Shown: positions 35,043 to 46,720, counted from the first letter of the stretch. The stretch is 64,000 nt of DNA from Prochlorococcus sp. AG-686-M10 (GCA_003210275.1 QCVU01000001.1:643-64642); one strand, 5' to 3'. Notes: a model not told the origin generated them from the letters alone. Numbers and translations: made by a program.

Positions 35043-36029
35043 TTAAAAGTGTGAAAAAGACTTATTCTTCAATAAGTTTTCGTTGCAACAGTTTTTAAAT
35101 TCAACAGAGGCTTTTCCTTCAAGAAAAAATCCAATTTCTGTAATAGTCTTATCCGCGTATAATAAATTGGTTGCCCATTTTCTTGGAAGAGAGAAAACTA
35201 GCTCGTAATCTTCGCCACCAAAAAAATAATATTCGTCCCATTTATTTCCTTGAGGCCAATCTTTATGTTTGGGAATTTTTGTATAGTCAATAATTGCTTT
35301 GCAATTACTTTCAATTGACAAATCTAGTAATGCTTGAAATAAACCATCGCTACTATCAGTACATCCTATTGTTTTAATGCTTTTATTAGGACGAGCATTA
35401 AGTATTTTTTTGAGAAATTTAGGATTAAGTTTTGGTTGGCAAAATTGTTGCAAAGACCTATTAATTAATTTTTTTGTTAAAAAAATATTACTATCAAAAA
35501 TATTTTTACTTTTTATCATTAACCCTAATTTGCTAAGGCCATGAATACCTGTTGTCAATATAATTTCTTTCGGTTTGCATGCATTTCGTCGTAATTTTAT
35601 TTTCCCCTGTGTTCCCAGAACAGTCATGGAGATTATTCTCTCTTTCCCCATAGAGCAATCTCCTCCAAGAATCACACCTCCGAAATGTTCTAGCGCTCTA
35701 TTTATTCCTGTATATAAACTTTTTATCCAAATCCAATCTGTTTTGGGAGGAATTACTAACCCAATATTAATTCCTATAATTTTGTTACATCCACTTGAGA
35801 TCAAGTCAGATACATTACTTGCTACTGCTTTCCATCCTATGTCGAAGGCAGAAATAGTATCATCACTAAAATGTACATTATCAACCAGTGCGTCAGTATT
35901 AACCAATAAGTTTTTATTTTTACCTTTAACGAATGCACAATCATCAGATAGTTGATTTTTGGGCATAAATTCAGCAAGCCTTCTTATTAATTCTTTTTCG
36001 CCAATATCCTCTAATAATTCTTTATGCAT
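35043..36029 (-). CDS. thiL: Thiamine-monophosphate kinase
   Basis: GEKELI, DDCA, NVSDL, GGD, DSSDGL, GGEDYEL. Confidence 0.94.
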   Translation of the reverse strand: MHKELLEDIGEKELIRRLAEFMPKNQLSDDCAFVKGKNKNLLVNTDALVDNVHFSDDTISAFDIGWKAVASNVSDLISSGCNKIIGINIGLVIPPKTDWIWIKSLYTGINRALEHFGGVILGGDCSMGKERIISMTVLGTQGKIKLRRNACKPKEIILTTGIHGLSKLGLMIKSKNIFDSNIFLTKKLINRSLQQFCQPKLNPKFLKKILNARPNKSIKTIGCTDSSDGLFQALLDLSIESNCKAIIDYTKIPKHKDWPQGNKWDEYYFFGGEDYELVFSLPRKWATNLLYADKTITEIGFFLEGKASVEFKNCCNENLLKNKSFSHF

Positions 36030-37113
36030 TTAATTTGAGTTTATCAATTCCATTTAAAATATCAATTGAGATAATTGTGTCATCTTTTGTAAGTTCTTCT
36101 AAAACTTCAAAACCTTCTATGACATAGCCAAAAGCTGCATTCCTACCATCAATTAAATTGCGACCGGCTGGATTAAGTTCCGCTTCATATAAAAAGAAGA
36201 AAAATTGAGATGATCCATCATTAACTTCTGTTGCTGAATGAGACCATCCTAAGGTCCCAAGAGTTGCGAATGGCAAAGTTGGAGTTTCTGTATAAAGACC
36301 TAAATCTTCAAAGGTTTCATTATAAAAAGTTTCGCTTTCGTTAGGAATTCTTATCTCTAGAGGAACATGTCTTTCAGTATTTGTTTCAGGATCTACATAT
36401 CCAATTTCATCACCAACTGGATCACCAGTTTGAAGAACAAAAAATTCTTCAGCCCTATTAATTGGTAAATTACTATAAAAGTTTTTTGAAGATAAATCTA
36501 TAAATGCACCAGCAGTAAGAGGTGCATTATATCCATCTATGATTGCTTGCATATCTCCTTTAGAAGTTTTTATATTAACTTTTGCTCTACCAAGTAATCT
36601 AGGAAGATTATCAAATTCTCTTGGAATGGAATAGGGAAATTCATTTGGTAAAAAATATTCCTCTAGTCCCCCAATTTTATCTAGCGCTTCTCTTCTAGTT
36701 GTTATGAATGAGTATTTATCTTTAATTTTAGCTTCATCTTGTAGTTGATCAAAATCATTTTTAAGATCTAAAAACGTGTTTTCTGCAATTTTTTGTTTTT
36801 CAACTGGTAATTCCTCAATAATTCGGCTCTTATATTTTTTTAGTAAAGATTGACATTTTGTAACAGTTTTTGAGAGCGCTGGCCATCTTCCTCCTCTTAC
36901 AAGATCACTTGTATCCTCTAACTTATGTTGAATTTCTTGTAACTCGACTTGCTTGATAGGTAGAGCATTTCTGAGGATTGCATTGGGATCTTTTACTGCG
37001 TTTCCAGTAGGTAAATCAGCTAATACTTGTATTGGTTTTAAGAAGAAAACTGGTATTAAAAATAAAAATACAAACAAATAATGTTTGTTCCGATTTGATA
37101 AGAAGTTTTGCAT
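36022..37113 (-). CDS. Cyclophilin-type peptidyl-prolyl isomerase (thylakoid lumen type)
   Basis: [37 protein letters not shown]. Confidence 0.9.
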   Translation of the reverse strand: MQNFLSNRNKHYLFVFLFLIPVFFLKPIQVLADLPTGNAVKDPNAILRNALPIKQVELQEIQHKLEDTSDLVRGGRWPALSKTVTKCQSLLKKYKSRIIEELPVEKQKIAENTFLDLKNDFDQLQDEAKIKDKYSFITTRREALDKIGGLEEYFLPNEFPYSIPREFDNLPRLLGRAKVNIKTSKGDMQAIIDGYNAPLTAGAFIDLSSKNFYSNLPINRAEEFFVLQTGDPVGDEIGYVDPETNTERHVPLEIRIPNESETFYNETFEDLGLYTETPTLPFATLGTLGWSHSATEVNDGSSQFFFFLYEAELNPAGRNLIDGRNAAFGYVIEGFEVLEELTKDDTIISIDILNGIDKLKLNA

Positions 37114-37156
37114 AGTACTCTTACAGGTTTATGATCCTTGGGTATGTAATACAGGA

Positions 37157-37717
37157 ATGATTTCCAGTAACGATTTTCGCACAGGTACCACCATCGAGAT
37201 AGATGGACAAGTTTGGCGCGTAGTAGAATTCCTACATGTTAAGCCTGGTAAAGGTTCTGCTTTCGTGAGAACAAAATTAAAATCAGTTCGAAACGGTAGT
37301 GTAGTCGAAAAAACTTTTCGAGCTGGAGAATCAGTACAACAAGCTGTCCTTGAAAAGTCTAACCTGCAACATACTTATGTGGAGTCTGGAGATTACGTTT
37401 TTATGGATATGACAAGTTTTGAAGAAACAAGACTCTCTTCTGATCAAATAGGTAGAGGTTCAAAGTACTTAAAAGAAGGTATGGAGGTGAATGTGATTTT
37501 TTATAAAGATAAAGTTTTAGAAGTTGAACTTCCAATCTCTATAACTTTAAAAGTTACAGAAACAGATCCTGGAGTTAAAGGAGATACTGCAAGTGGGGGG
37601 ACTAAACCAGCTATCCTAGAAACAGGTGCTCAAGTTATGGTTCCTTTGTTTATCTCTGTAGGAGAAAAGATTAAGGTTGATACCCGTAATGATAGTTATC
37701 TTGGACGTGACAACTAA
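37157..37717 (+). CDS. efp: Elongation factor P
   Basis: [10 protein letters not shown] start at 37157, [17 protein letters not shown]. Confidence 0.97.
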   Translation: MISSNDFRTGTTIEIDGQVWRVVEFLHVKPGKGSAFVRTKLKSVRNGSVVEKTFRAGESVQQAVLEKSNLQHTYVESGDYVFMDMTSFEETRLSSDQIGRGSKYLKEGMEVNVIFYKDKVLEVELPISITLKVTETDPGVKGDTASGGTKPAILETGAQVMVPLFISVGEKIKVDTRNDSYLGRDN

Positions 37718-38223
37718 TGGCTATGAAATTAGATCATGATGACCTAGATCGCTTGATAGATAAAATTTCTACAAGTGATATTCAAGAATTTTCTCTAGAA
37801 GGAGAAGATTTTAAACTTGAAATTAAAAGAAATTTGTTTGATCAGCAACATTTAATTAATAATGCGACAACAAACAATTCTTTGGAGAAGCAAATAACTG
37901 CTTCTCAATCAGCGTCAACTGATAACATCACTCTTACAAGTAACACTGAAGTTTCTCAGATAGCCCCTCCAGGACGCTCAGATCTTACGGATATTACCTC
38001 CCCTATGGTTGGAACATTTTATAGGGCTGCGGCTCCAGGAGAGGATCCTTTCGTGGATTTAGGAAGTAAGATTAATATTGGCCAAACGATTTGTATTCTT
38101 GAAGCTATGAAGTTAATGAACGAAATTGAATCAGAGTTTAATGCTGAAATTGTAGAAATTCTGGTTGAAAATGGAACGCCAGTAGAGTTTGGACAAGTAT
38201 TAATGCGCGTTAAACAGTCCTGA
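37717..38223 (+). CDS. accB: Acetyl-CoA carboxylase biotin carboxyl carrier protein
   Basis: SPMVGTFY, EAMKLMNEI biotinylation motif. Confidence 0.96.
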   Translation: MAMKLDHDDLDRLIDKISTSDIQEFSLEGEDFKLEIKRNLFDQQHLINNATTNNSLEKQITASQSASTDNITLTSNTEVSQIAPPGRSDLTDITSPMVGTFYRAAAPGEDPFVDLGSKINIGQTICILEAMKLMNEIESEFNAEIVEILVENGTPVEFGQVLMRVKQS

Positions 38224-39240
38224 ATTTTTAGTTAAATCAAAAGCTGCTTTTATTGCTTCAACCATACTTTGAGATTGCGCTAAACCCTTGCCTGCAATAT
38301 CAAATCCAGTTCCATGATCGGGAGATGTTCTTATGAAAGGTAAACCAATAGTTGTATTTACGGAGTAATTTAGAGCTATTACCTTAATTGGAATTAATCC
38401 CTGATCATGATACATAGCAAGAATCCCATCATGTGTTGGAGCTTGTTTATCTCTCCAAGCTTTTGCAGATGAATTCCAGCATGTATCAGGAGAAATAGGA
38501 CCTGATAATTGGACTTCTTTATTTTGTTCACCCCAGCTATTAACTGCATTATTTATCCAATCATTTTCTTCTTTTCCTAATAAGCCTTCTTCACCAGCAT
38601 GAGGGTTTAATCCAGCAACTTTTAGAAGGGGTTTTTTGACATAGGTTTTGCAAAACTTCGAAAACAAATCTAATTTTGTATGAATGAGGTTTGTAGATAA
38701 TTGTTTAGGAACTTCACATAGAGGTATGTGGGTAGTGGCTAATAGGGTGTTAAATCTCCAACCAGTGATTGGAGATTTAGCTGTAAATAACATACCGACA
38801 TTATTAACCCGACAACATTCTGCTAATAATTCAGTTTGCCCAGAATAATTATGGCCTGCTAAGGCCCATGACTTTTTACAGATAGGTCCAGTAACTAGTG
38901 CTGCATTTGTATACTTTTGGACAATTTCAATAGCTTTTTTTAAGTAAAAGAAACTTGCATTCCCATGACTTTTTTTTTGTTTATTTATTTCGAATGGAAT
39001 TTTAATGTCATATATTTGATAATTATTAGGATCCACAATATTTTCGACTCCTAAAAATTTAAGATTTTTATAAGTGTTCTCTAAGTTATTTTTTGATCCA
39101 ACAATAATAAAATCAATATTATTTGGAATTTCTTTTGAAAAAAGAGCTTTCAAAATAATTTCTGGTCCGATACCTGACTCGTCCCCAACGCTTATGATAA
39201 TTTTAAATTTGTTTCCGATACTATTGCTTTGATGATTCAT
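38200..39240 (-). CDS. pdxA: 4-hydroxythreonine-4-phosphate dehydrogenase
   Basis: GDESGIGPE, LNPHAGE, AMYHDQGL, RTSPDHGT. Confidence 0.95.
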   Translation of the reverse strand: MNHQSNSIGNKFKIIISVGDESGIGPEIILKALFSKEIPNNIDFIIVGSKNNLENTYKNLKFLGVENIVDPNNYQIYDIKIPFEINKQKKSHGNASFFYLKKAIEIVQKYTNAALVTGPICKKSWALAGHNYSGQTELLAECCRVNNVGMLFTAKSPITGWRFNTLLATTHIPLCEVPKQLSTNLIHTKLDLFSKFCKTYVKKPLLKVAGLNPHAGEEGLLGKEENDWINNAVNSWGEQNKEVQLSGPISPDTCWNSSAKAWRDKQAPTHDGILAMYHDQGLIPIKVIALNYSVNTTIGLPFIRTSPDHGTGFDIAGKGLAQSQSMVEAIKAAFDLTKNSGLFNAH

Positions 39241-39331
39241 AATAAAATTTTAAATGTTGAAAATTAATGTTTGATTTACTTTTTAAAACTTTTAATTTAA
39301 ATCTATTAAATTCATAATAAAAAAATAAGTA

Positions 39332-40216
39332 TCATAATTTAATTCTAATAAGGCAGTTATTCAAGCCTACTTTGTAGTTTTTATAAATAAGTTTATAGCC
39401 TAATTTTTCACATAATAATTTATTTGAAACTCTTCTATTTTCAATCCAAAATGATTGTGCTATTGGAGATAAATCTTTTTTAGCCTCTTCAAACAATATT
39501 TTTTTAGGCATTTCTAATCCAAGTAATTGGTAGCCATATCTTATAACTTCAATTTGTGAGCAAGGCTCGTCATCTGCGATATTAATTATTGGATGAAAAT
39601 CTAAATTATTTTTATTTTGTATTAAATAAATAATTGCATTTGCTATGTCAGCGACATGTATTCTTGAGAAAACCTGATTTTTCTTATCTATTACTTTAAT
39701 TTTTTTTGCTTTAATAGCCTCTAAAGTTGATCTCCCGGGACCATAAATTCCCGGTAATCTGAAAATTTGTATTGGTAAATTTGAATTAATCCATTCTTTT
39801 TCACATTTTAATCTCCTTTGACTTCTTTCTTGAAAAGGATTGGGTTTATCTTCTTCACAAACCCAATCACCATAGGTATTGCCATAAACTCCAGTAGTAG
39901 AGAGATATCCAACCCATGAAAGAGATAAACTTTTAATTTTAGTCTTTAGCTTTTTTAATACTGGGTCTTTACCATTTTTATCTGGAGGTATACAACTTAG
40001 AATATGAGTTACTCCCTCAAAAATTGAATCTTCAGGCAGTGAATTATTTTCGCTATTAAAAATAAAACTATGTGGATCCTTACTTACAGATCGAGAACTT
40101 GATAATGCTACGCAGCCTAATTTCCTGATTGATTTTGCAAAATAGTCTCCACTAAAGCCTCCTCCAAAGATGAGAAATTTATTTTTAGCTGTAAGTGGAC
40201 TTGATAAATTGATCAT
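39332..40216 (-). CDS. NAD-dependent epimerase/dehydratase (SDR)
   Basis: FGGGFSG, YLSTTGVYG, RLPGIYGPGR, SRIHVADI. Confidence 0.9.
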   Translation of the reverse strand: MINLSSPLTAKNKFLIFGGGFSGDYFAKSIRKLGCVALSSSRSVSKDPHSFIFNSENNSLPEDSIFEGVTHILSCIPPDKNGKDPVLKKLKTKIKSLSLSWVGYLSTTGVYGNTYGDWVCEEDKPNPFQERSQRRLKCEKEWINSNLPIQIFRLPGIYGPGRSTLEAIKAKKIKVIDKKNQVFSRIHVADIANAIIYLIQNKNNLDFHPIINIADDEPCSQIEVIRYGYQLLGLEMPKKILFEEAKKDLSPIAQSFWIENRRVSNKLLCEKLGYKLIYKNYKVGLNNCLIRIKL

Positions 40217-40254
40217 AAAGTATTATATATAGTACATATGTATTATTTAAGAAA

Positions 40255-40491
40255 ATGCAGACTTTGATTCAGCCTCAGGTAAAATTAAATATAGCTAATT
40301 TTGACAATTTCAATTGTCAAGTTAAAGAAAAATCAAATAATTCAAAATTTGGTTTAAATAATAAACTCTATCAAAAATTATTTGTAATACTTTTCGCATC
40401 GTGTGCATTATTAATATTTCCTGAATCCCCACAAGATTCAGAAGCTTTATGTAGAAAATATCAGTCTACAGAGGCATGTATGGTCTGGTAG
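40255..40491 (+). CDS. Small conserved membrane protein
   Basis: Single TM helix followed by PESP...C...C..W C-terminus. Confidence 0.6.
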   Translation: MQTLIQPQVKLNIANFDNFNCQVKEKSNNSKFGLNNKLYQKLFVILFASCALLIFPESPQDSEALCRKYQSTEACMVW

Positions 40492-40896
40492 TTAAGCGGC
40501 ATTATATTCATCATCAAAAACTTCGTAATTTTTTATTTTTTTATTCAAAAAGCTAGGGTTTGCCCACTGTAATAATCTTATAGCTAATCTTAAATCACCC
40601 TCTAACCATGCTCTAATAGCCATAGCTCTTCTAGGGTCATAAAATTTTTGTTTTCGATACCAATACAAAGCATTATTATCTGATTTGTTGCCGTTGCATG
40701 ATAAGCATGCTGGAACACAATTCTCGGTGGTGCTTAATCCTCCCTGACTTCTAGGAAGTATATGATCAATAGATTCTGATGGGTTTCCACAATATATGCA
40801 ACTTTTTCCAGTAAATCTATGTATTGATTTTCGCCATTGTCTGAATCTGAATTTAGGACATAAATCTTCTAAAAAGACAGCATCATTAATATGCAT
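40492..40896 (-). CDS. HNH endonuclease family protein
   Basis: CIYCG...SIDHILPRSQGG...NCVPACLSCN. Confidence 0.9.
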   Translation of the reverse strand: MHINDAVFLEDLCPKFRFRQWRKSIHRFTGKSCIYCGNPSESIDHILPRSQGGLSTTENCVPACLSCNGNKSDNNALYWYRKQKFYDPRRAMAIRAWLEGDLRLAIRLLQWANPSFLNKKIKNYEVFDDEYNAA

Positions 40897-41065
40897 TCAG
40901 ATTATTTAATTACCTATAATTTTGACTTATTCAGTAGAAAAGTCAATAGTTTCTTATTATTTTTAAGAACATATTTGCTAGATAAAATATATTTTATGTA
41001 TTCAATTATACTTAATAAGTAATATTTAATATATAAACAAAATGTAATTAATTATACTTTTTAAA

Positions 41066-41518
41066 TTAGTAGCTATATCTATCAAAGGTTTTTCCCGAAT
41101 ATTCTTGATTTGTTTCTTCTAATTCTTTTTGTAATTTTTCCCTTTTTTCTTCCTTGTCTGCATTTTCTTTTTCTATTCTTTCAGATTCTTTTTTTAAATC
41201 TCTTATTAATTTTCTATTTGGATTAAGTTTATCTAAATATTCAACGCAATAACTGAACTTTTCGCGTTCTCTTACGACTGTTTCGATAATTTGTGCGGCA
41301 GCTTGCTTTGGAGATAATTTAAAAAAACCTCCTTTTTGTTTTTTGATGTACGTATAAGCAGCTTCCCAGCTACTTTCATGATCATTTCCTCCATCTCTCA
41401 TAGTACAAAATATTTCTGCACCAAAGGAACCTGCAATCGCTTTAGGGGCAAATAATAGTGATGGAAAAAATATTGCAACTATAAGTAAGATGAATCTTAT
41501 CTTTCTTTTTCCTTTCAT
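41066..41518 (-). CDS. Conserved picocyanobacterial exported protein
   Basis: Signal peptide; GAEIFCTMRDGGNDHESSW motif; charged tail. Confidence 0.65.
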   Translation of the reverse strand: MKGKRKIRFILLIVAIFFPSLLFAPKAIAGSFGAEIFCTMRDGGNDHESSWEAAYTYIKKQKGGFFKLSPKQAAAQIIETVVREREKFSYCVEYLDKLNPNRKLIRDLKKESERIEKENADKEEKREKLQKELEETNQEYSGKTFDRYSY

Positions 41519-41575
41519 TAGTTTTTATATGTCTATATAAAAAGTATCTATAATACAGAATATGTCTAGACAAAT

Positions 41576-42088
41576 TTAAGATTTTATTATTCCAAATAAA
41601 TTTAGCATTTTTACAACCAATGGCAGAATTAAAAGAACAGTAACTAATCTAACTGCATGAAGAGTTGCAACTGCTGCTCCAACACCATATTCAGTACCAA
41701 CTAAACTCATACCACTTATCCCTCCTGGAGCAGCGCCAAGAATTGTGGTGATTATATCTACATTAAGTAATCTGCTAGTCCATAAACCAATCGCTAAGCC
41801 CGTAATTATTAGTGTAAATGTGATTAAAATCGCAGGTTTCCATAAAGTTTGTAAATCAACCAATGAGTCCTTTGTTAAGCTTGTTCCAATAACGGTACCA
41901 ATTCCTATTTCTAATATGGTTCTTGTGCCAACTGGCCATTCGGCAGCCTCAATTTTTCCGCTGATGCTTAAAATACTTGCACCAATTAAAGCACCTGCAA
42001 GTGGAGCTGCAGGGATGCCTGTTTTTAAAGCTAGTGCTCCAAAAGCGCTGCCAGCAATTAAATAATAAATTAAATTTATATTTGACAT
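41576..42088 (-). CDS. AbrB-family (AidB regulator-type) membrane protein
   Basis: Highly hydrophobic; APGGISGMSL and HAVRL motifs. Confidence 0.8.
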   Translation of the reverse strand: MSNINLIYYLIAGSAFGALALKTGIPAAPLAGALIGASILSISGKIEAAEWPVGTRTILEIGIGTVIGTSLTKDSLVDLQTLWKPAILITFTLIITGLAIGLWTSRLLNVDIITTILGAAPGGISGMSLVGTEYGVGAAVATLHAVRLVTVLLILPLVVKMLNLFGIIKS

Positions 42089-42368
42089 TTAAAAAATCAG
42101 CTGTTTGAACATAATATTAGAAATAAATTCAAAGGCTTGGTTATATGTTCATATTTACTTGTTAATAGTCATTAATATGAAATGCGATAGATTTTTCGAA
42201 GATAAATAGAAATTAACAACCTTAATATTAATTAATGCTCTAAACATCTTGTTGCATTAAAAATACTTATTTTTTGGCAACTAAAAATTTAATTTTTAAA
42301 AATTAGTTATATTTTTGCTGCATAAAGGGCCTTCGAGTTGGCATAATATTAATAAAGCACTATTTTCC

Positions 42369-42566
42369 ATGGCTTCACAAATTTCTTACAGAGGTAACAA
42401 AAACCCAATCAAAAAGAAATTATCCTTTTTTGAAGGTGGTCATCAACTTGAAAAGCTAGAATTTGCTCTTGCAGTTGCTCAAACTAAGGGAGATAAAGAA
42501 AAATCTTCAGCTTTAAAAGAAAAAATAGTTGAACTAGGTGGAAATATTGAAGAACCTGGTACTTAG
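42369..42566 (+). CDS. Small conserved hypothetical protein
   Basis: Likely start MASQISYRG; FFEGGHQLEKLEFALA...ELGGNIEEPGT. Confidence 0.7.
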   Translation: MASQISYRGNKNPIKKKLSFFEGGHQLEKLEFALAVAQTKGDKEKSSALKEKIVELGGNIEEPGT

Positions 42567-42567
42567 A

Positions 42568-43731
42568 CTACCTTTCTTGTAGATGGGATGATGCTATTTT
42601 CAAGGCTTCTCCTGCTTTTTCAGTAGAAATCATATCTTGATCAACTAATGTACTACCTATAGCCGCTATTACTGATATGATATCTCTATCGTTTATATAA
42701 CCTAAATGACCTACTCTAAATATTTTCCCTTTTAAATGATCTTGTCCCCCGGCTAATAGAATGTCATATTTATTTTTTATTATTTTTCTAAACTTCTCAG
42801 CGTCTAGATCTTCAATTTGAATTGCAGTAACTGCGGGACTCAAGTGGTTTTCATCAGCAAATAATTTAAGGTTAAGGGTTTTAGCAGCTTTGCTGACTGC
42901 TAGTTTATGTCTTTCATGTCTATTAAAAATCTTTTCTAGTCCTTCATCTTTCATCATTTTTAAAGATTCATCCAAAGCAAAAACTAAATTTACCGCTGGA
43001 GTATAAGGATTACTATTGTTTGATAGACTTTTTTTATATGATTTTAAATTTAAATAGAATTTAGGTAAATTAGAATTTTCGGCTGCTTGCCATGCTTTCT
43101 CACTCATTGATACAAAGCTTAAGCCTGGAGGTATCATGTAACCTTTTTGAGATCCTGAGGCAACAATATCTAGCTCCCAGTCATCTACTGGGACATTACA
43201 AGCTCCAATACTTGTTACGCAGTCAATAATTGATAACGCTTGTTTATGATCACGAATATAAGAACTTATTGTTTTTAAATCATTAATTACTCCTGTTGAG
43301 GTTTCAGAATGTGTAAGGATAACAGCTTTTATTTCTTTTTTATCATCTTTTTCTAAAACTGTTTTGAAATTTTCTGGATCAAGTGGAGTGCCCCACTCCG
43401 CATCAATTTTTATTACTTCGAGTCCAAATTCTTTTGCAACCTTTACCCATCTTTGGCCAAACTTCCCGTTCTCCCCACAAATAACTTTGTCTCCTTTGCT
43501 TAATGTACTTATCATTCCTGCTTCCATGGCAGCAGTTCCACTACCTGTAATTGTTAAAACGTCATTTTTTGTTTGATGTAGCCATTGTAGATTTTTAGTC
43601 GTTATCTCAACAAGATCTTGAAAATCTTTACTTCTATGCCCTATGGGATGCCTTCCAAGTGCTTGTAAAACTTTTTCTGGAACTGGTGTGGGACCAGGTA
43701 TCATCAATGATAATTTTTGTTGTATGGCCAC
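42568..43731 (-). CDS. Class V PLP aminotransferase (alanine-glyoxylate aminotransferase / 'soluble hydrogenase small subunit')
   Basis: MIPGPTP, HSETSTGV, SGSQKG, FRVGHLG. Confidence 0.92.
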   Translation of the reverse strand: MAIQQKLSLMIPGPTPVPEKVLQALGRHPIGHRSKDFQDLVEITTKNLQWLHQTKNDVLTITGSGTAAMEAGMISTLSKGDKVICGENGKFGQRWVKVAKEFGLEVIKIDAEWGTPLDPENFKTVLEKDDKKEIKAVILTHSETSTGVINDLKTISSYIRDHKQALSIIDCVTSIGACNVPVDDWELDIVASGSQKGYMIPPGLSFVSMSEKAWQAAENSNLPKFYLNLKSYKKSLSNNSNPYTPAVNLVFALDESLKMMKDEGLEKIFNRHERHKLAVSKAAKTLNLKLFADENHLSPAVTAIQIEDLDAEKFRKIIKNKYDILLAGGQDHLKGKIFRVGHLGYINDRDIISVIAAIGSTLVDQDMISTEKAGEALKIASSHLQER

Positions 43732-43791
43732 TTTTTAATTAATAGGTCATTCTAAGATTAGTAGTCATAAAATATTTTTCAATTACTTGAT

Positions 43792-44910
43792 TTGAAAAAA
43801 GGATTTTCTTTACCTTTATGGGTAACTGGAGCTGCCAAGTCAGCATTAAAGAAATTGTTAGGATTCCCATCTGAAGATTATGAATTAATTAAAATTCCTA
43901 AAGATAAAAATCCAATAAAAATTAAGGTTCATTCTTCTGGACTTATTAATGGAGAGTCTTATGCACTTGGAATTTCTTTTGTAGATTCTGGATTGGATCT
44001 TGATCTTACACAAAACTTAGAAATATGGACAATCGCTTCGTTGGAAAAAACTCATAAGACAATCAATAATCCATTAGATCGAATCAATATTATTCCTGGT
44101 TATGGTGTTGGTATTGATCAACAAACATCTAAGATCTGCATTTCAAATTTTGCTAAAGAAGTATTAGTTGAAAATTTATTAGATATTATTCCACAAAGAT
44201 ACAAACTAAATTTAGAGATTGTATTCCCAAATGGAAAATTTTTGGCCGAAAGAACTAGTAATAAATCATTTGGAATTGTCGAAGGGCTGTCAATTATAGG
44301 TACTAGTGCTGAAACTTTTGCAAGTGCTTCACCTGATCAATTGAAAAATGCAAAAGCCCAGTTGAAACATATTATTACTAATGAAAGATGTGACACAATT
44401 ATTTTTGTTATTGGCGAAAATGGCTTAGATTTAGCAAAAAGTTCCAATATAAAATTTCCTATAATTAAAGTAGGGAATTGGATTGGGCCATTATTAGTTG
44501 ATGCTGCAATACAAAAAATCAAAACAGTAATTCTTTTTGGTTATCATGGCAAATTAATTAAATTAGCTGGAGGGATTTTTCATACTCATAATCATTTAGC
44601 TGATGCAAGAATCGAAATTCTTGTTTATTTAGCAATAAAAGAAGAAGTCCCAATAAAAATCATTAAAAAATTATCTCAAGCAACTACGGTTGAAGATGCT
44701 TTGTTACTTCTTGAAAGTTTTAGTCTTTCTATGGCTGACAAATTATGGAATAAACTATCAGATACTGTTGAAAAGCGCTCTATAGAATACGTTAATAAAT
44801 ATATAAAAACTGATATGAAAGTTGCAGCAATTATCTTTGATAAAAAAAGATTAATTCGTTGGTCGGGTAAAAATAGTAAAGACTATATGTCTGCTTTCAA
44901 AGATTTCTAA
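43792..44910 (+). CDS. cbiD: Cobalt-precorrin-5B C1-methyltransferase
   Basis: GFSLPLW, RTSNKSFGIVEGLSIIGT, GYHGKLIKLAGGIFHTH. Confidence 0.93.
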   Translation: MKKGFSLPLWVTGAAKSALKKLLGFPSEDYELIKIPKDKNPIKIKVHSSGLINGESYALGISFVDSGLDLDLTQNLEIWTIASLEKTHKTINNPLDRINIIPGYGVGIDQQTSKICISNFAKEVLVENLLDIIPQRYKLNLEIVFPNGKFLAERTSNKSFGIVEGLSIIGTSAETFASASPDQLKNAKAQLKHIITNERCDTIIFVIGENGLDLAKSSNIKFPIIKVGNWIGPLLVDAAIQKIKTVILFGYHGKLIKLAGGIFHTHNHLADARIEILVYLAIKEEVPIKIIKKLSQATTVEDALLLLESFSLSMADKLWNKLSDTVEKRSIEYVNKYIKTDMKVAAIIFDKKRLIRWSGKNSKDYMSAFKDF

Positions 44911-44958
44911 TTTTAAGTTGATTATGTTTTTGTAAATAAATTGAGGTAACTTTTATAC

Positions 44959-46545
44959 ATGAGTAAAAAATTTTTAAAAAAAGAGAGAGATCCTTCAATA
45001 TTAATACTAGATTTTGGATCTCAATATTCTGAATTAATTGCAAGAAGAATAAGAGAAGCAGATGTATTTTCTCTTGTAGTTAGTAACTTTATTTCTATCA
45101 AGGAGATTCAGGAAATCAATCCTAAAGGGATTATTTTAAGTGGTGGTCCAAATTCTGTGTATGAAGATAATGCACCTAAATGTGATGCAAAGATTTTTAA
45201 TTTAGGGATTCCAGTTTTGGGTATATGCTACGGAATGCAATTAATGGTCAAAGAATTAGGAGGTACAGTAACCCCAGCAATCAACAAAGCTGAATATGGT
45301 AGAGCACCAATAAATATCGATTGCGAAAGTGATTTGCTCTCTAATGTCGAAGACAAATCGATTATGTGGATGAGTCATGGAGATTCATTAAATAACCTAC
45401 CCGATGGATTTATTCAAATTTCTCATACAGAAAATACACCGTATGCTGCGATATCAAACAAACTAAAGAAATTATTTGGTGTTCAATTTCATCCTGAAGT
45501 TATTCATTCAGAATTCGGAATGACTGTAATTAAAAACTTTGTCTATTCTATTTGTCAATGTAAAGCAGATTGGACTACTGAAACTTTTTTAGAGGAAACA
45601 ATTCCAAGAATTAAGCAACAAGTAGGAGATAAGAAAGTTTTACTGGCTCTTTCTGGTGGAGTTGATTCATCAACCCTTGCCTTCCTTCTCAATAAAGCTA
45701 TTGGTAAGCAGCTTACATGTATGTTTATAGATCAAGGCTTTATGAGAAAAGGCGAACCTGAATTTTTAATGGAATTTTTTGATAAAAAATTTCATATAAA
45801 AGTTGAATATATCAATGCTAGGGAAAGATTTATTCAAAAATTAAATGGAATAACTGATCCAGAAGAAAAACGTAAGATTATTGGTGGAGAATTTATTCGA
45901 GTTTTTGAAGAAGAGAGTAATAGATTAGGCCCTTTCCAATATTTGGCTCAAGGCACTCTCTACCCAGATGTTATTGAAAGTGCTGGAACGAATTTAGATC
46001 CTAAGACTGGTGAGAGAATCGCAGTAAAAATAAAAAGTCATCATAATGTGGGCGGTTTGCCAAAAGATTTACAATTTAAATTAGTTGAACCATTAAGAAA
46101 ACTTTTTAAAGATGAAGTAAGAAAGGTTGGAGGTGCTTTAGGATTGCCAGATGAAATTATAAAAAGACATCCATTTCCTGGTCCTGGCTTAGCAATAAGA
46201 ATCTTGGGTGAAGTTTCTCATGAAAAATTAAACTGTTTGAGAGATGCAGACTGGATAGTAAGAGATGAAATAAAGAAAGCAGGTCTTTATAATGATATCT
46301 GGCAAGCATTTGCCGTTCTTTTACCTGTCAAGACTGTCGGGGTAATGGGAGACAAAAGGACTTATGCTTGGCCTGTAGTTTTACGATGTGTTTCAAGCGA
46401 AGATGGTATGACGGCTGATTGGTCGAGAATTCCTTATGAAACTTTAGAGAGAATTTCTAACAGAATCGTTAATGAAGTAGAGCAGGTTAATAGAGTTGTC
46501 TTCGATATTACTAGTAAGCCTCCAGGAACAATTGAGTGGGAATAA
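44959..46545 (+). CDS. guaA: GMP synthase (glutamine-hydrolysing)
   Basis: [41 protein letters not shown]. Confidence 0.98.
   Translation: MSKKFLKKERDPSILILDFGSQYSELIARRIREADVFSLVVSNFISIKEIQEINPKGIILSGGPNSVYEDNAPKCDAKIFNLGIPVLGICYGMQLMVKELGGTVTPAINKAEYGRAPINIDCESDLLSNVEDKSIMWMSHGDSLNNLPDGFIQISHTENTPYAAISNKLKKLFGVQFHPEVIHSEFGMTVIKNFVYSICQCKADWTTETFLEETIPRIKQQVGDKKVLLALSGGVDSSTLAFLLNKAIGKQLTCMFIDQGFMRKGEPEFLMEFFDKKFHIKVEYINARERFIQKLNGITDPEEKRKIIGGEFIRVFEEESNRLGPFQYLAQGTLYPDVIESAGTNLDPKTGERIAVKIKSHHNVGGLPKDLQFKLVEPLRKLFKDEVRKVGGALGLPDEIIKRHPFPGPGLAIRILGEVSHEKLNCLRDADWIVRDEIKKAGLYNDIWQAFAVLLPVKTVGVMGDKRTYAWPVVLRCVSSEDGMTADWSRIPYETLERISNRIVNEVEQVNRVVFDITSKPPGTIEWE
46525..46545 (+). repeat. att-like core copy 1 (functional guaA 3' end) GGAACAATTGAGTGGGAATAA
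   Basis: Recurs at 53679-53699 and 55742-55762. Confidence 0.9.
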
Positions 46546-46583
46546 CAGATAGGTTATAAACCTAGTTATAGCCACAAAAAGTT

Positions 46584-46666
46584 GGTTTCACGTGAGTTTC
46601 ACGTAGAATATTTACTACCTATTTGCAATGGTTTTCGATGGCGGTCTTTCACGTAAGTTTCACGTG
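46584..46666 (+). repeat. Two tandem pairs of 11-bp arm-type repeats, cassette 1 left end
   Basis: GGTTTCACGTG+AGTTTCACGTA (46584-46605) and TCTTTCACGTA+AGTTTCACGTG (46645-46666). Confidence 0.85.
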
Positions 46667-46680
46667 ATGCAAAAAGTCAG

Positions 46681-46720
46681 TCTCTATAGAGAAATCATAA
46701 AAGAACTTATGTCTCTACAC
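46681..46720. promoter_or_regulatory. Conserved 40-bp junction box starting with palindrome TCTCTATAGAGA
   Basis: Homologous boxes at 53833-53872 and 55837-55876, each 14 nt after the last arm repeat. Confidence 0.75.

Noticed and set aside
40492-40896. HNH nuclease as a mobile or defence element
   Set aside because: Sits among core genes with no flanking repeats or mobility signals.
3989-44522. Numerous 60-130 aa antisense ORFs in the ORF track within core genes
   Set aside because: Overlap well-supported housekeeping genes on the opposite strand and lack motifs.
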